64,000 nucleotides of DNA from Patescibacteria group bacterium (GTDB lineage: Bacteria > Patescibacteriota > Patescibacteriia > UBA2591 > JABMQE01): positions 1,980-65,979 of the forward strand of contig JAHIMF010000041.1 in the NCBI GenBank assembly GCA_018896645.1. Direction: 5' to 3'. The translations under genes were made by a program, and so were the position numbers. Under the pieces are notes generated by a model. The model was not told the DNA's origin. It searched no databases and worked only from the letters and a program-made list of their open reading frames with translations. Below are positions 10,787 through 20,931 of the stretch, one piece after another (within the stretch, counting starts at the first letter, position 1; the number at the start of each line of letters is the position of its first letter).

Positions 10787-11470
10787 ATGCTAGACAACTT
10801 GTTTGGATCGGGAGGAGCAACAACTTTATCCGTTGGAACAATTATTGTTAACATCACACTCACTTTTTTATTGACGTTTATTATCGCCCTGGTTTATAGA
10901 AAGACCCACAAAGGATTATCATATTCCCAATCATTTGTGTTTACTTTGGTGCTTTTGGGGGTATTAATTTGTGTAGTGATGATGGTAATTGGCAGCAGTG
11001 TAGCTCGGGCCTTTGGAGCCCTGGGCGCATTTTCTTTAATTCGTTTTAGAACGGCAGTTAAAGACACCAAGGATACGGCTTTTGTGTTTTTTGCGGTAGC
11101 TATCGGAATGGCGATTGGAACTAATAATTATCATATTGCCATAATTGGCGTGATAATTATTTCTTTTATCATATTAATTTTGTCCCGTATAAATTTTGGC
11201 TCAATCAGGAAATATGATTACATTCTAACTTTTATGAGCGATAGCGATAAGGTCGCTGATGGGGCCACAAAACCAATTTTTAGCAAGTATCTGAAAACAA
11301 GCAATCTTTTGAATGTCTCGGCAAAGGAACATGGCAAGATTTTGGAAATGACTTTTAATGTTAAATTTTTTAGCGAAGACGACAGGGACAACCTTCTTAA
11401 AGAACTCAATGCGATTGAAGGCGTGAGCGAGGTAAATTTAATTAGCGCTAAGAATGACATTGAGTATTGA
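10787..11470 (+). CDS. DUF4956-like membrane protein
   Basis: 227 aa ORF. Three or four N-terminal TM helices plus a C-terminal soluble domain. Position immediately after the VTC gene matches the conserved CotH/VTC/DUF4956 arrangement. Confidence 0.45.
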   Translation: MLDNLFGSGGATTLSVGTIIVNITLTFLLTFIIALVYRKTHKGLSYSQSFVFTLVLLGVLICVVMMVIGSSVARAFGALGAFSLIRFRTAVKDTKDTAFVFFAVAIGMAIGTNNYHIAIIGVIIISFIILILSRINFGSIRKYDYILTFMSDSDKVADGATKPIFSKYLKTSNLLNVSAKEHGKILEMTFNVKFFSEDDRDNLLKELNAIEGVSEVNLISAKNDIEY

Positions 11471-11521
11471 TAGATTAGGATTGTATTTTTGTAGGTTGGG
11501 ATTAAATTATAATTTACTTTC

Positions 11522-13132
11522 ATGAATATCTCATACAAAAGAAAAATAATCATCACTGCCCTGATTATTTTTTTATTGGCAGTGGCAGTGCGGTCAGCGC
11601 CGGTGGTTTATAAGAGGTACTCACATAAATTAAGTTATTATCATTTAGTTGCCGCGCGCAATCTGGCGGAAAGTGGAAAGTTTGCGGTTGAAAGCGAGAA
11701 GAATGTAGTTTTATCCAGCCACCGCATTGGGCAAGAAGGAGCAACGCCAAAAAATATCGCTCACGAGTACACGCCGGTTATCTACGGCTGGATTTTTAAA
11801 CTCTTTGGTTTTGGCCAAACCTATCCGCTGTATATTAGCATGGCTCTTTACGCGCTTGGCAATGTTTTGCTTTTTTTCTTGATTCTAAAAATTTTCAATT
11901 ATCGAGCGGCAATAATTTTTAGCATTATTGACATTTTATGCCCAATTATTATTGTCTGGTCAAACGTTGCCGGTTCTTATGATCTGGCAATGTTTTTTTT
12001 CATTTTGGCGCTATTTGCATATTTTTATCAAGAGAAAGCAAAGCCACATTTATTGGTAATTTCCGGTTTGCTTTTAGGGGTGGCGGCATTATGCAGAACT
12101 CCGTTTTTGTTTTCCGTTATTCCCCTCGCGTCATACGAGTTAATCCAAAATCGTTCGCTCCGCCGTTTTTTTATTTTTACCATCCCGTTTAGCCTGGTAT
12201 TTTTAGGGCTTTTTGGTTTTAATTTTTTATTTAGCAGCCATAGCGGTGCGCCGGTTGGAGCCGTAAATTTTGACGGGCATTTATTTAGAGACCCTTATAC
12301 TTTTCATTTTGAGAAAGAAAAGTATTTTCAACAAGTCGGGGCGTCCAATAATGCCGATATGATCGGCTACCTTAGAGCTTATGGCCAACATTTAAGCTTA
12401 AAACAGCAGTTATGGTTTAGAATTAGCTCTGCTCGTTACTATTTAATATATACTTTTAGATTGATTACTTTTGGCGGCGTTGTAATGGTTTTTTTAGCCG
12501 GACTGGGTTTTTATTACCTATTTAAAATTAAAAAAAATCTTTTTTGGTTGGCTTTAATTTGGTTGATATCATGTTTCGGCATTCACATATTAATTGGAAC
12601 CTCAAACCACGATCATTTTTTGGAAGTTCGTTTTCCGGTAATTCTTTTAATGACTGGCGGTTTTCTGTTATTTTTTCAGTTCATTGAAAAACAAAAAATT
12701 CCAACCAAGACCGTAAATATTCTTTTTGTGCTGATTATGACCGTGGTCGTTTTACACTTGACAGAAGCAAACAAATGGTCGTTTCACGAGATGTATAGTA
12801 ATTCAGAAAGTAGCCAGCTTAAAGAGGTTATTGACATTTTGAAAGAACATCGGGATGAAATGAGCGATAGCGATGTTGTTGCCGTTAGTTTTTCTGAAGT
12901 CGCGCCAATTATTTTTAATTATTATACTAATAAAAGTTTTGTTTATTTCGCGCCGGAGACAATCCAAGAATTAATCAAACAGAATAAATTGCAAGATGGT
13001 TTTGATTATTTTGGGGTAACTAAGATTGTTGGCTATAGTCCAGCTTTTTCAGATGAGATTATGAAAAATGCTCGAGTTGGAAATATTACTTCATATGTAC
13101 CCGAAGAATGTACATTGTATTCGACGTATTAA
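11522..13132 (+). CDS. polytopic membrane protein, GT-C fold glycosyltransferase-like (PMT/ArnT-like)
   Basis: 536 aa ORF with more than 10 predicted TM helices. The first extracytoplasmic loop 'YHLVAARNLAESGKFAVE' resembles the DEx-Y..A.N...G loop of GT39/GT83 enzymes. Confidence 0.45.
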   Translation: MNISYKRKIIITALIIFLLAVAVRSAPVVYKRYSHKLSYYHLVAARNLAESGKFAVESEKNVVLSSHRIGQEGATPKNIAHEYTPVIYGWIFKLFGFGQTYPLYISMALYALGNVLLFFLILKIFNYRAAIIFSIIDILCPIIIVWSNVAGSYDLAMFFFILALFAYFYQEKAKPHLLVISGLLLGVAALCRTPFLFSVIPLASYELIQNRSLRRFFIFTIPFSLVFLGLFGFNFLFSSHSGAPVGAVNFDGHLFRDPYTFHFEKEKYFQQVGASNNADMIGYLRAYGQHLSLKQQLWFRISSARYYLIYTFRLITFGGVVMVFLAGLGFYYLFKIKKNLFWLALIWLISCFGIHILIGTSNHDHFLEVRFPVILLMTGGFLLFFQFIEKQKIPTKTVNILFVLIMTVVVLHLTEANKWSFHEMYSNSESSQLKEVIDILKEHRDEMSDSDVVAVSFSEVAPIIFNYYTNKSFVYFAPETIQELIKQNKLQDGFDYFGVTKIVGYSPAFSDEIMKNARVGNITSYVPEECTLYSTY

Positions 13133-13251
13133 ATAAAAGAGGTTACGCACTTTGATTATTTTTGGCTAAAATTAGTCAATAATAAAATTATTCGAGGTGT
13201 TAATATTAGCAAAATTTTTAATACTGCGTAACTTCGGTAGATAAAAAAGCC

Positions 13252-14712
13252 ATGGCTCGTATTGTACTAATAAACCCACAATTTAATTTACCAAGAAATA
13301 CCTATGATGAATCTTTGAACATGGGTATTATGTCAATTGCAAGCTATCTTGACGCTCATGGTTTGGATACAAAAATTCTTGATCAGGCGCGGCAGCGGAC
13401 ATTTTGGGATAGCTTGGGTAGGGAGTTAGCAGATGCTGAATATGTTGGTTTATCGGTCATGACGACTCAAATTCCAAATGCTTTAAAAGTAACCAGAGAA
13501 ATAAAAAAAAATAACCCAAATGTCAAAATTATTTGGGGTGGTATTCATCCAACGTTATTCCCCCGAGAAACAGTTGCCGAACCATTGATTGATTTTGTTG
13601 TTTATGGAGAAGGTGAAGTGCCATTACTTAAGCTCATACGCGGCGTTTCCATGGCAGAAATTAAAGGTTTGGGATATAAACATGATACTAAATGTATTAC
13701 TAACCCCCCAGGCGAGCTGTTTGATCTTAACGAGCTGCCGGTGTATAATTGGAATTTATTGCCTCAAGAGATACTTGAAAAAATGTCGCTTGTTCCGTTG
13801 GCAATGAGTCGTGGTTGCCCCCACCGATGCGCCTTTTGCATAAACACCATTACCAAAAACAAATGGCGAAGCATGTCGTTGCCCAAAATTATTGAGAATT
13901 TGCGATTGGTTAAAAAATCCCCCTATCTTAGAGGTAAATATGCTTCGTTTTCATTTGAAGAAAATTTTTTTGTCAATAAAGAACGTGTCAAAGAGATATG
14001 TAAGGCGATTATTTCAGAGTCGCTTTTAGTAGAATGGGAGGCTCCTTGTCGGGCTGATTATATTCGTGAAGGGTTTGTTGATGATGAACTTTTAACCTTA
14101 TTAAAAAGAGCCGGTTTACGGCGGATGGGCATTGGCGCCGAGTCGGGTTCAAATAGAGTACTTGCTCTTATTAAAAAAGATTTAACAGCCGAACAGACAA
14201 TTTATGCCAATCAAAAATTAGCTGAACATGGAATCAGTCCTTATTATGGTTTTATGGTGGGTTTACCTGGTGAGACTTGGGATGATGTGATTGCTACGTT
14301 AAATCTTATCGATCGAATCAAAAAAGATAATCCCCAGGCAGAAATTATGGGACCCCAGCCATTTCGGTTATATCCGGGCTCAGAATTATATAATGAGTGT
14401 ATTAATTTGGGCTGGAAGTCGCCGAAAAGCCTTAACGAATGGAAAAAAGTAATTAATGAGGAGCTTAATTATTTAAATATGAAAAATTATCCTTGGGTTA
14501 AAAATCCTGCAGTTATTGAAGCAATTGATGCATATGCCCGCTTTGGTTCAAATTCTTTCCGACAAGCCATGGCATTAGGTGTTAGCGCTCCCCGCATTTT
14601 TAAATTTTTGTTTGCTGTTATATGTAAAATTCGTTGGAAACTAAGGTTTTTTCGTTTCCCTTATGAATACCTTTTAGCGAAAAAATTAGTGACACTTTTT
14701 TCGCGAAATTAG
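13252..14712 (+). CDS. B12-binding domain radical SAM protein (paralog 3)
   Basis: 486 aa ORF. 'IIWGGIHPTLFP' plus 'SRGCPHRCAFCIN'. Collinear with the 2168 and 3717 proteins. Confidence 0.8.
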   Translation: MARIVLINPQFNLPRNTYDESLNMGIMSIASYLDAHGLDTKILDQARQRTFWDSLGRELADAEYVGLSVMTTQIPNALKVTREIKKNNPNVKIIWGGIHPTLFPRETVAEPLIDFVVYGEGEVPLLKLIRGVSMAEIKGLGYKHDTKCITNPPGELFDLNELPVYNWNLLPQEILEKMSLVPLAMSRGCPHRCAFCINTITKNKWRSMSLPKIIENLRLVKKSPYLRGKYASFSFEENFFVNKERVKEICKAIISESLLVEWEAPCRADYIREGFVDDELLTLLKRAGLRRMGIGAESGSNRVLALIKKDLTAEQTIYANQKLAEHGISPYYGFMVGLPGETWDDVIATLNLIDRIKKDNPQAEIMGPQPFRLYPGSELYNECINLGWKSPKSLNEWKKVINEELNYLNMKNYPWVKNPAVIEAIDAYARFGSNSFRQAMALGVSAPRIFKFLFAVICKIRWKLRFFRFPYEYLLAKKLVTLFSRN

Positions 14713-14732
14713 TAGATAATATCAAAAAATCG

Positions 14733-15575
14733 TTATTTCTTTCTAAACACTATTTCTATCTTAGCAGCATTCAAATCGCGAGGATTTATATTTTCTAAAC
14801 CCATTAAAATATCATCATGAATTTTAACCTTAATTTGAGCTGCCTGGCTTTTGATGCTTTTTATTTCAAAATCGTATTTTTGGGCTAACTTCCTGTAATG
14901 TGGCAGGAGCTTTCGATTCATAAAGCAAGTTTTTTGATCGTTCACTCTTTTCCATGTTTTTGGGGAGTATTGCAGATGACGAAATTTATTATTGAATAAG
15001 AATTTTAGAAGTGGCAGAGAGCTGAATGGGTAATACAGATGGTCAACAAAATCTACGACATGGTACATAGTACCACTATTTTTTAGCCATTGATTAAAAT
15101 TTTTAAAAATTTGGTTTAAGTCTGGTATATGTTCAAGTGTTGTATGTGAGAATATGGTATCAATTTTCCCATTGTAGTCAGATAACAAATTTTTTTCATC
15201 AGCACCTTTTTTATAGATTTTTATTTTTCCAAAAAGTTCTTCCTTAACAATTTTATCAGGGAATAATTTTTCAATCTCAACTGCATACTGCGTGAGTTGC
15301 TTGGTTGCATTTTTGTCAATGCAGGGTTCTATGACAATAACTTTTTTGGCACCAGAATAGATGAGGTACAAAGCCGTATAGAGTTGATTACCAGCCCCAA
15401 CTTCAATAACAGTTTTGTTCGGGACGGACAAGGCATTAACATATTGTTCAGCAATAGCTACAAAAGACTTGGCACTTTTTGGTTTAGCTATTTTTTTTTT
15501 CAAGAAATAAAATAATTTTGGATTAAATTTTTTTCTAATTAAACGATATATAAGGTCAGGTATCATTTTAGCCAA
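14733..15575 (-). CDS. class I SAM-dependent methyltransferase (putative)
   Basis: 280 aa ORF. 'VIEVGAGNQLYTALYL' glycine-rich motif I and a downstream acidic motif. Confidence 0.45.
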   Translation of the reverse strand: MAKMIPDLIYRLIRKKFNPKLFYFLKKKIAKPKSAKSFVAIAEQYVNALSVPNKTVIEVGAGNQLYTALYLIYSGAKKVIVIEPCIDKNATKQLTQYAVEIEKLFPDKIVKEELFGKIKIYKKGADEKNLLSDYNGKIDTIFSHTTLEHIPDLNQIFKNFNQWLKNSGTMYHVVDFVDHLYYPFSSLPLLKFLFNNKFRHLQYSPKTWKRVNDQKTCFMNRKLLPHYRKLAQKYDFEIKSIKSQAAQIKVKIHDDILMGLENINPRDLNAAKIEIVFRKK

Positions 15576-15654
15576 ATATAAGATTAAATTTTTAAAAAAT
15601 TGTTGGATAGAGAAGGACTGTAGAACCAGAAAGACACAAGTGAATAGTTTAGGA

Positions 15655-16659
15655 CTAGGAGTCTGGCAATGAGACCGGGGAGCATGGTTTCTTTTTTAAC
15701 ATTATAACAGCATATATTATCAATGTCATTAGTGGAATAAATAGCAACATAACGACTCTTTGGCCGACGAGGAATGTACTAATATCTTCAGGAGCAATAG
15801 CAATTACTTTAAGAATAACAAACCAGCCAGCCTCAAAAATACCAATTCCACCAGGAGTAAAAGATATAAATAAGGCGAGCTGGGTGATAGGAATACTCAT
15901 GATGACAACACCGAGAGGAATGTTGATATTAAAAGTTTTAAAAAGAAGATAAAAGAGTAAACCTCGAGAAAGAAATTTCACAAATGAAATAAGAACCAGT
16001 TTAATAGAGAAGGGCTTAGTAAAAACAATACTTTGGGTTTCATCAAGTAGTTTTGCAGTATCAATCCTTTTTTGCAAGAAAGGGATTTTTTTTATAACCC
16101 TTATAGCTAGTTTGTAAAGAATAAAAAGGAGATGACTGACATCTTTGTTAATAAAAATGATAAAAACGATAAGTAACGCAATAGCCAAACAAGAAAGCGC
16201 CAGTGCTAAGCCCAGGCTGATAATGTTAAGAAAAAAGAGAAGAGATGGTACGACTACCAGTAAAAGGTTTATAAGATCAAAAATTCGTTCAATTAGGGTA
16301 GCGCTAGTTGCTTTAAAGAGAGATATTTTTTTAGAAGCTTTCAGAGCGGCGACCCTGGCGGTAAAACTGACTGGTTCATGAATAGTAAAGGAGCCGATCA
16401 AAAAGCTAAGTGTGTAGTAAAAGAAATATTCGATAAAAGACATGACTTTTGCTTTTTGGACATAGTTAACAATCAGCCCCCAGCGGTAGGAGAACAGGCC
16501 ACACATAATAAGAGAAGTAAAAAAAGAAAGAGTAAGATACGTAATATTTACTCCCAGCAATGAGCGCCAGGAGAAGTCTTTGTTAATATAAAGTATGAAG
16601 CCAAAAATTATAAGACCAAGGAGCAATAAAAGAATTTTTTTAGTAGTTATCTTTTTCAT
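15655..16659 (-). CDS. flippase-like / lysylphosphatidylglycerol-synthase-TM-domain family membrane protein
   Basis: 334 aa ORF, polytopic. Resembles UPF0104/LPG_synthase_TM proteins that commonly accompany GT2 enzymes in glycan loci. Confidence 0.5.
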   Translation of the reverse strand: MKKITTKKILLLLLGLIIFGFILYINKDFSWRSLLGVNITYLTLSFFTSLIMCGLFSYRWGLIVNYVQKAKVMSFIEYFFYYTLSFLIGSFTIHEPVSFTARVAALKASKKISLFKATSATLIERIFDLINLLLVVVPSLLFFLNIISLGLALALSCLAIALLIVFIIFINKDVSHLLFILYKLAIRVIKKIPFLQKRIDTAKLLDETQSIVFTKPFSIKLVLISFVKFLSRGLLFYLLFKTFNINIPLGVVIMSIPITQLALFISFTPGGIGIFEAGWFVILKVIAIAPEDISTFLVGQRVVMLLFIPLMTLIIYAVIMLKKKPCSPVSLPDS

Positions 16660-16751
16660 ATTCTAGGAGGTTTGCTATAAAAGAAGCATTGGGTTATAAT
16701 TCGAGAAAGAAGAAGAGATGTCATGAGATTTTTTATAAGTTCTAATAAACA

Positions 16752-17618
16752 ATGATAATAGATCAAGAATTGACAAAAAAAATTGAAGCTTACTGCGATT
16801 CTTATATTGAAGGATCTGGTAGTATCGCCGCAGTATGCGGAGCAGGAGGAAAAGATCGTCATGTCCAAGCAATAATAGATAACTATGTGGGTAAGATTTT
16901 GATTAGATTATTAAAAAGGATAGATAAAATCAGCAATAAAAAGATTTTAGATTATGGTTGCGGTCTTGGGGGTTCAATTGTGGCATTTGAAGAAGAAGGG
17001 TTTAATGCGATTGGGGCCGAAGTTGATGCAAAGGCAGTGGAAATTTGCAAAATGAGGGTAAAAAATATTCAGAATATAATTCAAATTTCAGAAAACGGCC
17101 TGCCTTTCAAAGATGCCAGTTTTGATATAGTAACTAGCCAATTAGTGATAGAACACACGAAGGATCCCAATAAGTATCTCTTTGAAGCACTAAGAGTTTT
17201 AAAGCCGGGGGGCAAATTTTTACTAATCGCGCCTAATTATCTTTTTCCCTGGGAGGGTCATTATCGGGTGTTTTGGTTGCCGTATTTATTTCCTGTTTCT
17301 AAGAGATTATTTAAAGTTTACTTAAAGTTACGAGGAAGGGATTCTCGGTTAATAGATTACGTCAATCTTAAGATAACCCCAGGTTATATAAAAAAAACAC
17401 TAAGGGGGATAGGCTCTTTTACTATTGAAGACATGAGTGTTGATATTTTCAAAGAGAAACTGACAAGCCCTAAGGAAATTCCACTACCAATGGTTGCCAA
17501 TTTTTTTAGTAAGACCAGAACCAATCCTTTAGTAAAACTTTTCATCAGTTTTTTTATTGCTACCATCAAAATTAGCAAACTCTATTATCCAATGATATTG
17601 GTGATAAACAAGACTTAG
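16752..17618 (+). CDS. SAM-dependent methyltransferase (type 11)
   Basis: 288 aa ORF. 'ILDYGCGLGGSIVAFEEEGFNAIGAEVD' and 'LKPGGKFLL' motifs. Confidence 0.7.
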   Translation: MIIDQELTKKIEAYCDSYIEGSGSIAAVCGAGGKDRHVQAIIDNYVGKILIRLLKRIDKISNKKILDYGCGLGGSIVAFEEEGFNAIGAEVDAKAVEICKMRVKNIQNIIQISENGLPFKDASFDIVTSQLVIEHTKDPNKYLFEALRVLKPGGKFLLIAPNYLFPWEGHYRVFWLPYLFPVSKRLFKVYLKLRGRDSRLIDYVNLKITPGYIKKTLRGIGSFTIEDMSVDIFKEKLTSPKEIPLPMVANFFSKTRTNPLVKLFISFFIATIKISKLYYPMILVINKT

Positions 17619-17620
17619 AC

Positions 17621-18784
17621 TTATTTTAAGCACGATTGAAGGACTTTTTCTGTTGTTCGAGCTACGTATTGAGCATCCGAACCAGACATTTTAGGAGTGA
17701 GTGGCAAAGATATAGTAGCCTTTGAGACTTTCTCACTTACAGGAAAATCACCAATGTGATAGCTCAAATCTTTTTTATAGAATGGATGGAGATGAATAGC
17801 TTTATAATGAATTGCGGCACCGATGCCTTGCGTGTTAAGCTTTTCAATAATCTTATTTCTTGCAAATTTAAATTTTGATAGATCTAGAATGAGCACATAA
17901 AGATGCAAGGCGTGGCGGTTTTTTTGAATATCAGAAGGTCGGTATTGGAGCCTAAGATAGTCTAGTTTTGAAAATACATTGTCATAGATTTTGGCATAGG
18001 CCTCTCTTGTTTTGAGGAATTTATTGATTTTATTAAGTTGATGGAGGCCCAAAGAAGCTTGGATATCCGTCATGTTATATTTATAGCCGGGATAGATAAT
18101 TTCACTTAAGATTAATTTTTTACTCTCATATCTTTTCCAAGCATCAGTGCTTAAGCCATGCAATCTTAGTATTTTAATCTTTTCCGCTATTTTTTCATCA
18201 TTAGTAGTAATCATACCACCTTCACCCGTGGTTATATTTTTGTTTGCATAAAAGCTAAAGCATGTCAGGTTACCAAAACTACCAATTTTTTTTCCTTTAT
18301 ATTTGGCACCTACTGCATGAGCCGCATCTTCAATAATTATTAAATTGTATTTTTTAGCGATTTTTTTTATTTTATCCATATCGCAAGGCAGTCCTCCGAA
18401 ATGGACCGGAATAATCGCTTTAGTTTTTGGAGTAATTTTAGCCTCAATTAAATTCGGATTGATATTTAATGTCTTAAGTTCAATATCCGCGAGGATTGGT
18501 CTGGCGCCCACATGTTTAATGACATTTACTGTGGCGGCAAATGTTAGAGGAGTGGTGATTACCTCATCTCCCGGACCAATATTTGAAACTAACAGCCCAA
18601 GGTGAAGAGCGGCAGTGCAGGAGTTTACTGCCAATGCATATTTAGCTCCCACATATTTCGCAAAGTTTTTTTCAAACCTAAAACACTTCGGGCCGGTCCC
18701 TATCCAACCTGATTTTAAAGTGTCAACCACCTCATTAATTTCCTCGTCACCAATAAAAGGTGCGCCAAAAATTATTTTTTTCAT
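17621..18784 (-). CDS. DegT/DnrJ/EryC1/StrS-family PLP-dependent sugar aminotransferase (WecE-like)
   Basis: 387 aa ORF. 'IIEDAAHAVGAKYKGKKIGS' and the 'FSFYANKNITTGEGG' PLP-lysine region. Confidence 0.85.
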   Translation of the reverse strand: MKKIIFGAPFIGDEEINEVVDTLKSGWIGTGPKCFRFEKNFAKYVGAKYALAVNSCTAALHLGLLVSNIGPGDEVITTPLTFAATVNVIKHVGARPILADIELKTLNINPNLIEAKITPKTKAIIPVHFGGLPCDMDKIKKIAKKYNLIIIEDAAHAVGAKYKGKKIGSFGNLTCFSFYANKNITTGEGGMITTNDEKIAEKIKILRLHGLSTDAWKRYESKKLILSEIIYPGYKYNMTDIQASLGLHQLNKINKFLKTREAYAKIYDNVFSKLDYLRLQYRPSDIQKNRHALHLYVLILDLSKFKFARNKIIEKLNTQGIGAAIHYKAIHLHPFYKKDLSYHIGDFPVSEKVSKATISLPLTPKMSGSDAQYVARTTEKVLQSCLK

Positions 18785-18824
18785 AATAATCCTTTTATAA
18801 AAGTAAATAAAAAAGACTAAAATC

Positions 18825-19595
18825 CTAAAGCCAGAAATGATAAAAATTTTCTTTTTTTTCTAATCGGTATCCACATTTTTCATATAATCTGCAAGCTGCA
18901 GTGTTTGCTTCTTGAGTAATGACCTGTCCAAACTTATATTTATGAGAGATGAACCAGGATTGAGCAGACTTAACTAAAGATGTACCTAAACCCATTCCTC
19001 TCGCATTGGGGCTAACAGCAATTAAACCAATGTCTCCTCTATTATTTTTTTTGCCTAAGGTAATCATTCCAACAATTTTGCCTTTTTTTTTGGTAACTAG
19101 TACAGCATCTGCTATGGTTTTGTTCAGTGAATTGGTTATCCAAATTTTATACAGAGCCTCAAATTTTTTTTTGCTGATTTTCTGATCAACATTATATCTT
19201 GAGTAGAGACCGGCTTGGATTGCAAGATTTTTTAGTTCCGTATTTGGTAAGTTTTTATTGTGTTCCTCGACTTTGATATTTAATTGTAAATGTTTAACGG
19301 GTATTTTTTTTAGATTGATGATGTAGATTACTTTACGATCTGCAAGAAATCCGTTTAGGGTTTCTGCCGCTTTTTGAGAAGCCTCATCAGTACTATCAGA
19401 TGCCCAGTAGACTAAAGAAACCCTACTCTTCCTTAAACTTGTAAGGATTTTTTTCAGTGAATTTAAGTTTAGTTTATTAGGTATGATTTTTGCCACAGTA
19501 AACCCGAAAAAATCAGTGTCCCATTTAAGTATCTCCCATTCTGGATTTTGTTGATTTTTAATAGTAGTTTTTTTCAATTTTTTATGTGGGTTCAT
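18825..19595 (-). CDS. WecD-like dTDP-4-amino-4,6-dideoxy-sugar N-acetyltransferase (GNAT C-terminal domain)
   Basis: 256 aa ORF. N-terminal 'LKWDTDFFGF' parallels the 'LTWENAFFGV' of E. coli WecD. The C-terminal GNAT fold ends '...TAACRLYEKCGYRLEKKENFYHFWL', matching the WecD C-terminus. Confidence 0.6.
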   Translation of the reverse strand: MNPHKKLKKTTIKNQQNPEWEILKWDTDFFGFTVAKIIPNKLNLNSLKKILTSLRKSRVSLVYWASDSTDEASQKAAETLNGFLADRKVIYIINLKKIPVKHLQLNIKVEEHNKNLPNTELKNLAIQAGLYSRYNVDQKISKKKFEALYKIWITNSLNKTIADAVLVTKKKGKIVGMITLGKKNNRGDIGLIAVSPNARGMGLGTSLVKSAQSWFISHKYKFGQVITQEANTAACRLYEKCGYRLEKKENFYHFWL

Positions 19596-20778
19596 TTTTT
19601 TCTATTAAAGATTTATAATATTTTGCAATTTTAGGTATAATTTTTTTTTGTGAATGATGCAAGGTAACATAATCCAAGGCATTGCTTTCTATTCCAATTT
19701 TAAGATTTTTGTCTTGGATTAATTTAGTAATAACTTGAGCTAGGTCGGCAATATCTTTTTCTTTAACTAAAAATCCATTATAGCCATTTTTAATAATTTC
19801 TGGCAGGCCGCCAGTAGCAAAAGCAACGGCAGGCAAGCCAGAAGCCATGGCTTCCAGGGGAGTAATTCCTTGAGGTTCGCCTTTTCCTTGATAGGTTATA
19901 GACGGTATCACCAGGATATCGGCAAGATTATATATTTCAGGTAATTTTTTGTGGGCTATGCTTCCTAAAAAAAGAACTTTTTTTTCTAGATTATTCTCTT
20001 TAATCTTGTTTTCTAAAATTTCTTTTTGAGAACCGTCTCCAACATAGACAAGTTTGAGAGGAGTGCTCGGATTCCCTTTAATTATCTTTAATAATGCTAA
20101 TAGGGGGTAGATTACTCCTTTTCTTTCAGTCATTCTGGAAACGCACAGAACAACAAAATCTTCTTTATTAATAGAAAGTTTTTCCCTATTTATTTTTTTG
20201 AGCTCTAAATTGGGACGAAAGACAGAGGTATCTATAAAATTGTTTATCCTAACGATTTTTTTAGGATTGATATTTTTTGAGATAAGATCATCATCTATGT
20301 ATTTTGCGGTCGAGGTAATGAGTGTTGCTCGCCCGTAGGCCTTTATTATTTTTTTTAAAAAATATTTTTTAAGGGTTTTGTCGCGGCTTAAATATTCTGA
20401 TGATTCTATAAAGCCGTGAGCAGAAAGAATCAGCGGTTTTTTTAATAGCCGAGTTAAGGGATAGCTGACATTCGCCGCTGAAAAGTCCATAGCATGAACT
20501 ATGTCGTATCTTTTACTGATGAAAGCTTTGTAAATATTAAAAAGCAACAAAGATTTATTTAATTGATAGGCAATAATGGTTAACAGTGATGATTTTTTTA
20601 AAAAGCGGGTAATAGTTGTGACAAAATTATTTTTTGTGGTGGCCATCTTTTTTATACCGAAAGCACTGATTATATCCACATCATGCCCTAAATCTTTAAG
20701 TCCTAAAGAAAGGACGTTCATGTATACAACCAATCCTCCTTCATGGGGCCTAGTATTTGTGCAAATACAAATTTTCAT
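19582..20778 (-). CDS. glycosyltransferase family 4
   Basis: 398 aa ORF. 'GEPQGITPLEAMASGLPAVAFATGGLPEII' GT4 signature. Confidence 0.75.
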   Translation of the reverse strand: MKICICTNTRPHEGGLVVYMNVLSLGLKDLGHDVDIISAFGIKKMATTKNNFVTTITRFLKKSSLLTIIAYQLNKSLLLFNIYKAFISKRYDIVHAMDFSAANVSYPLTRLLKKPLILSAHGFIESSEYLSRDKTLKKYFLKKIIKAYGRATLITSTAKYIDDDLISKNINPKKIVRINNFIDTSVFRPNLELKKINREKLSINKEDFVVLCVSRMTERKGVIYPLLALLKIIKGNPSTPLKLVYVGDGSQKEILENKIKENNLEKKVLFLGSIAHKKLPEIYNLADILVIPSITYQGKGEPQGITPLEAMASGLPAVAFATGGLPEIIKNGYNGFLVKEKDIADLAQVITKLIQDKNLKIGIESNALDYVTLHHSQKKIIPKIAKYYKSLIEKNEPT

Positions 20779-20895
20779 AATATTATGCTATGATTTAAAA
20801 TGAAACATAAACGCATTAGTGGTGAGTAGCACTTAATCGGCAAATAAATTGTAAATCTCTTATAGTATACGATTTATTCGGCGCTACGTCAACAC

Positions 20896-20925
20896 ATTGA
20901 CAATGGAATTAGAGCATTATATAGT
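20896..20925 (+). promoter_or_regulatory. candidate sigma70-like promoter (TTGACA, 16-18 nt spacer, TATATA/TATAGT) directly abutting the ATG of the radical SAM gene; possibly a leaderless transcript
   Basis: TTGACA at 20896-20901 and TATATAGT at 20918-20925; the ATG is at 20932. Confidence 0.25.
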
Positions 20926-20931
20926 TAAGCT

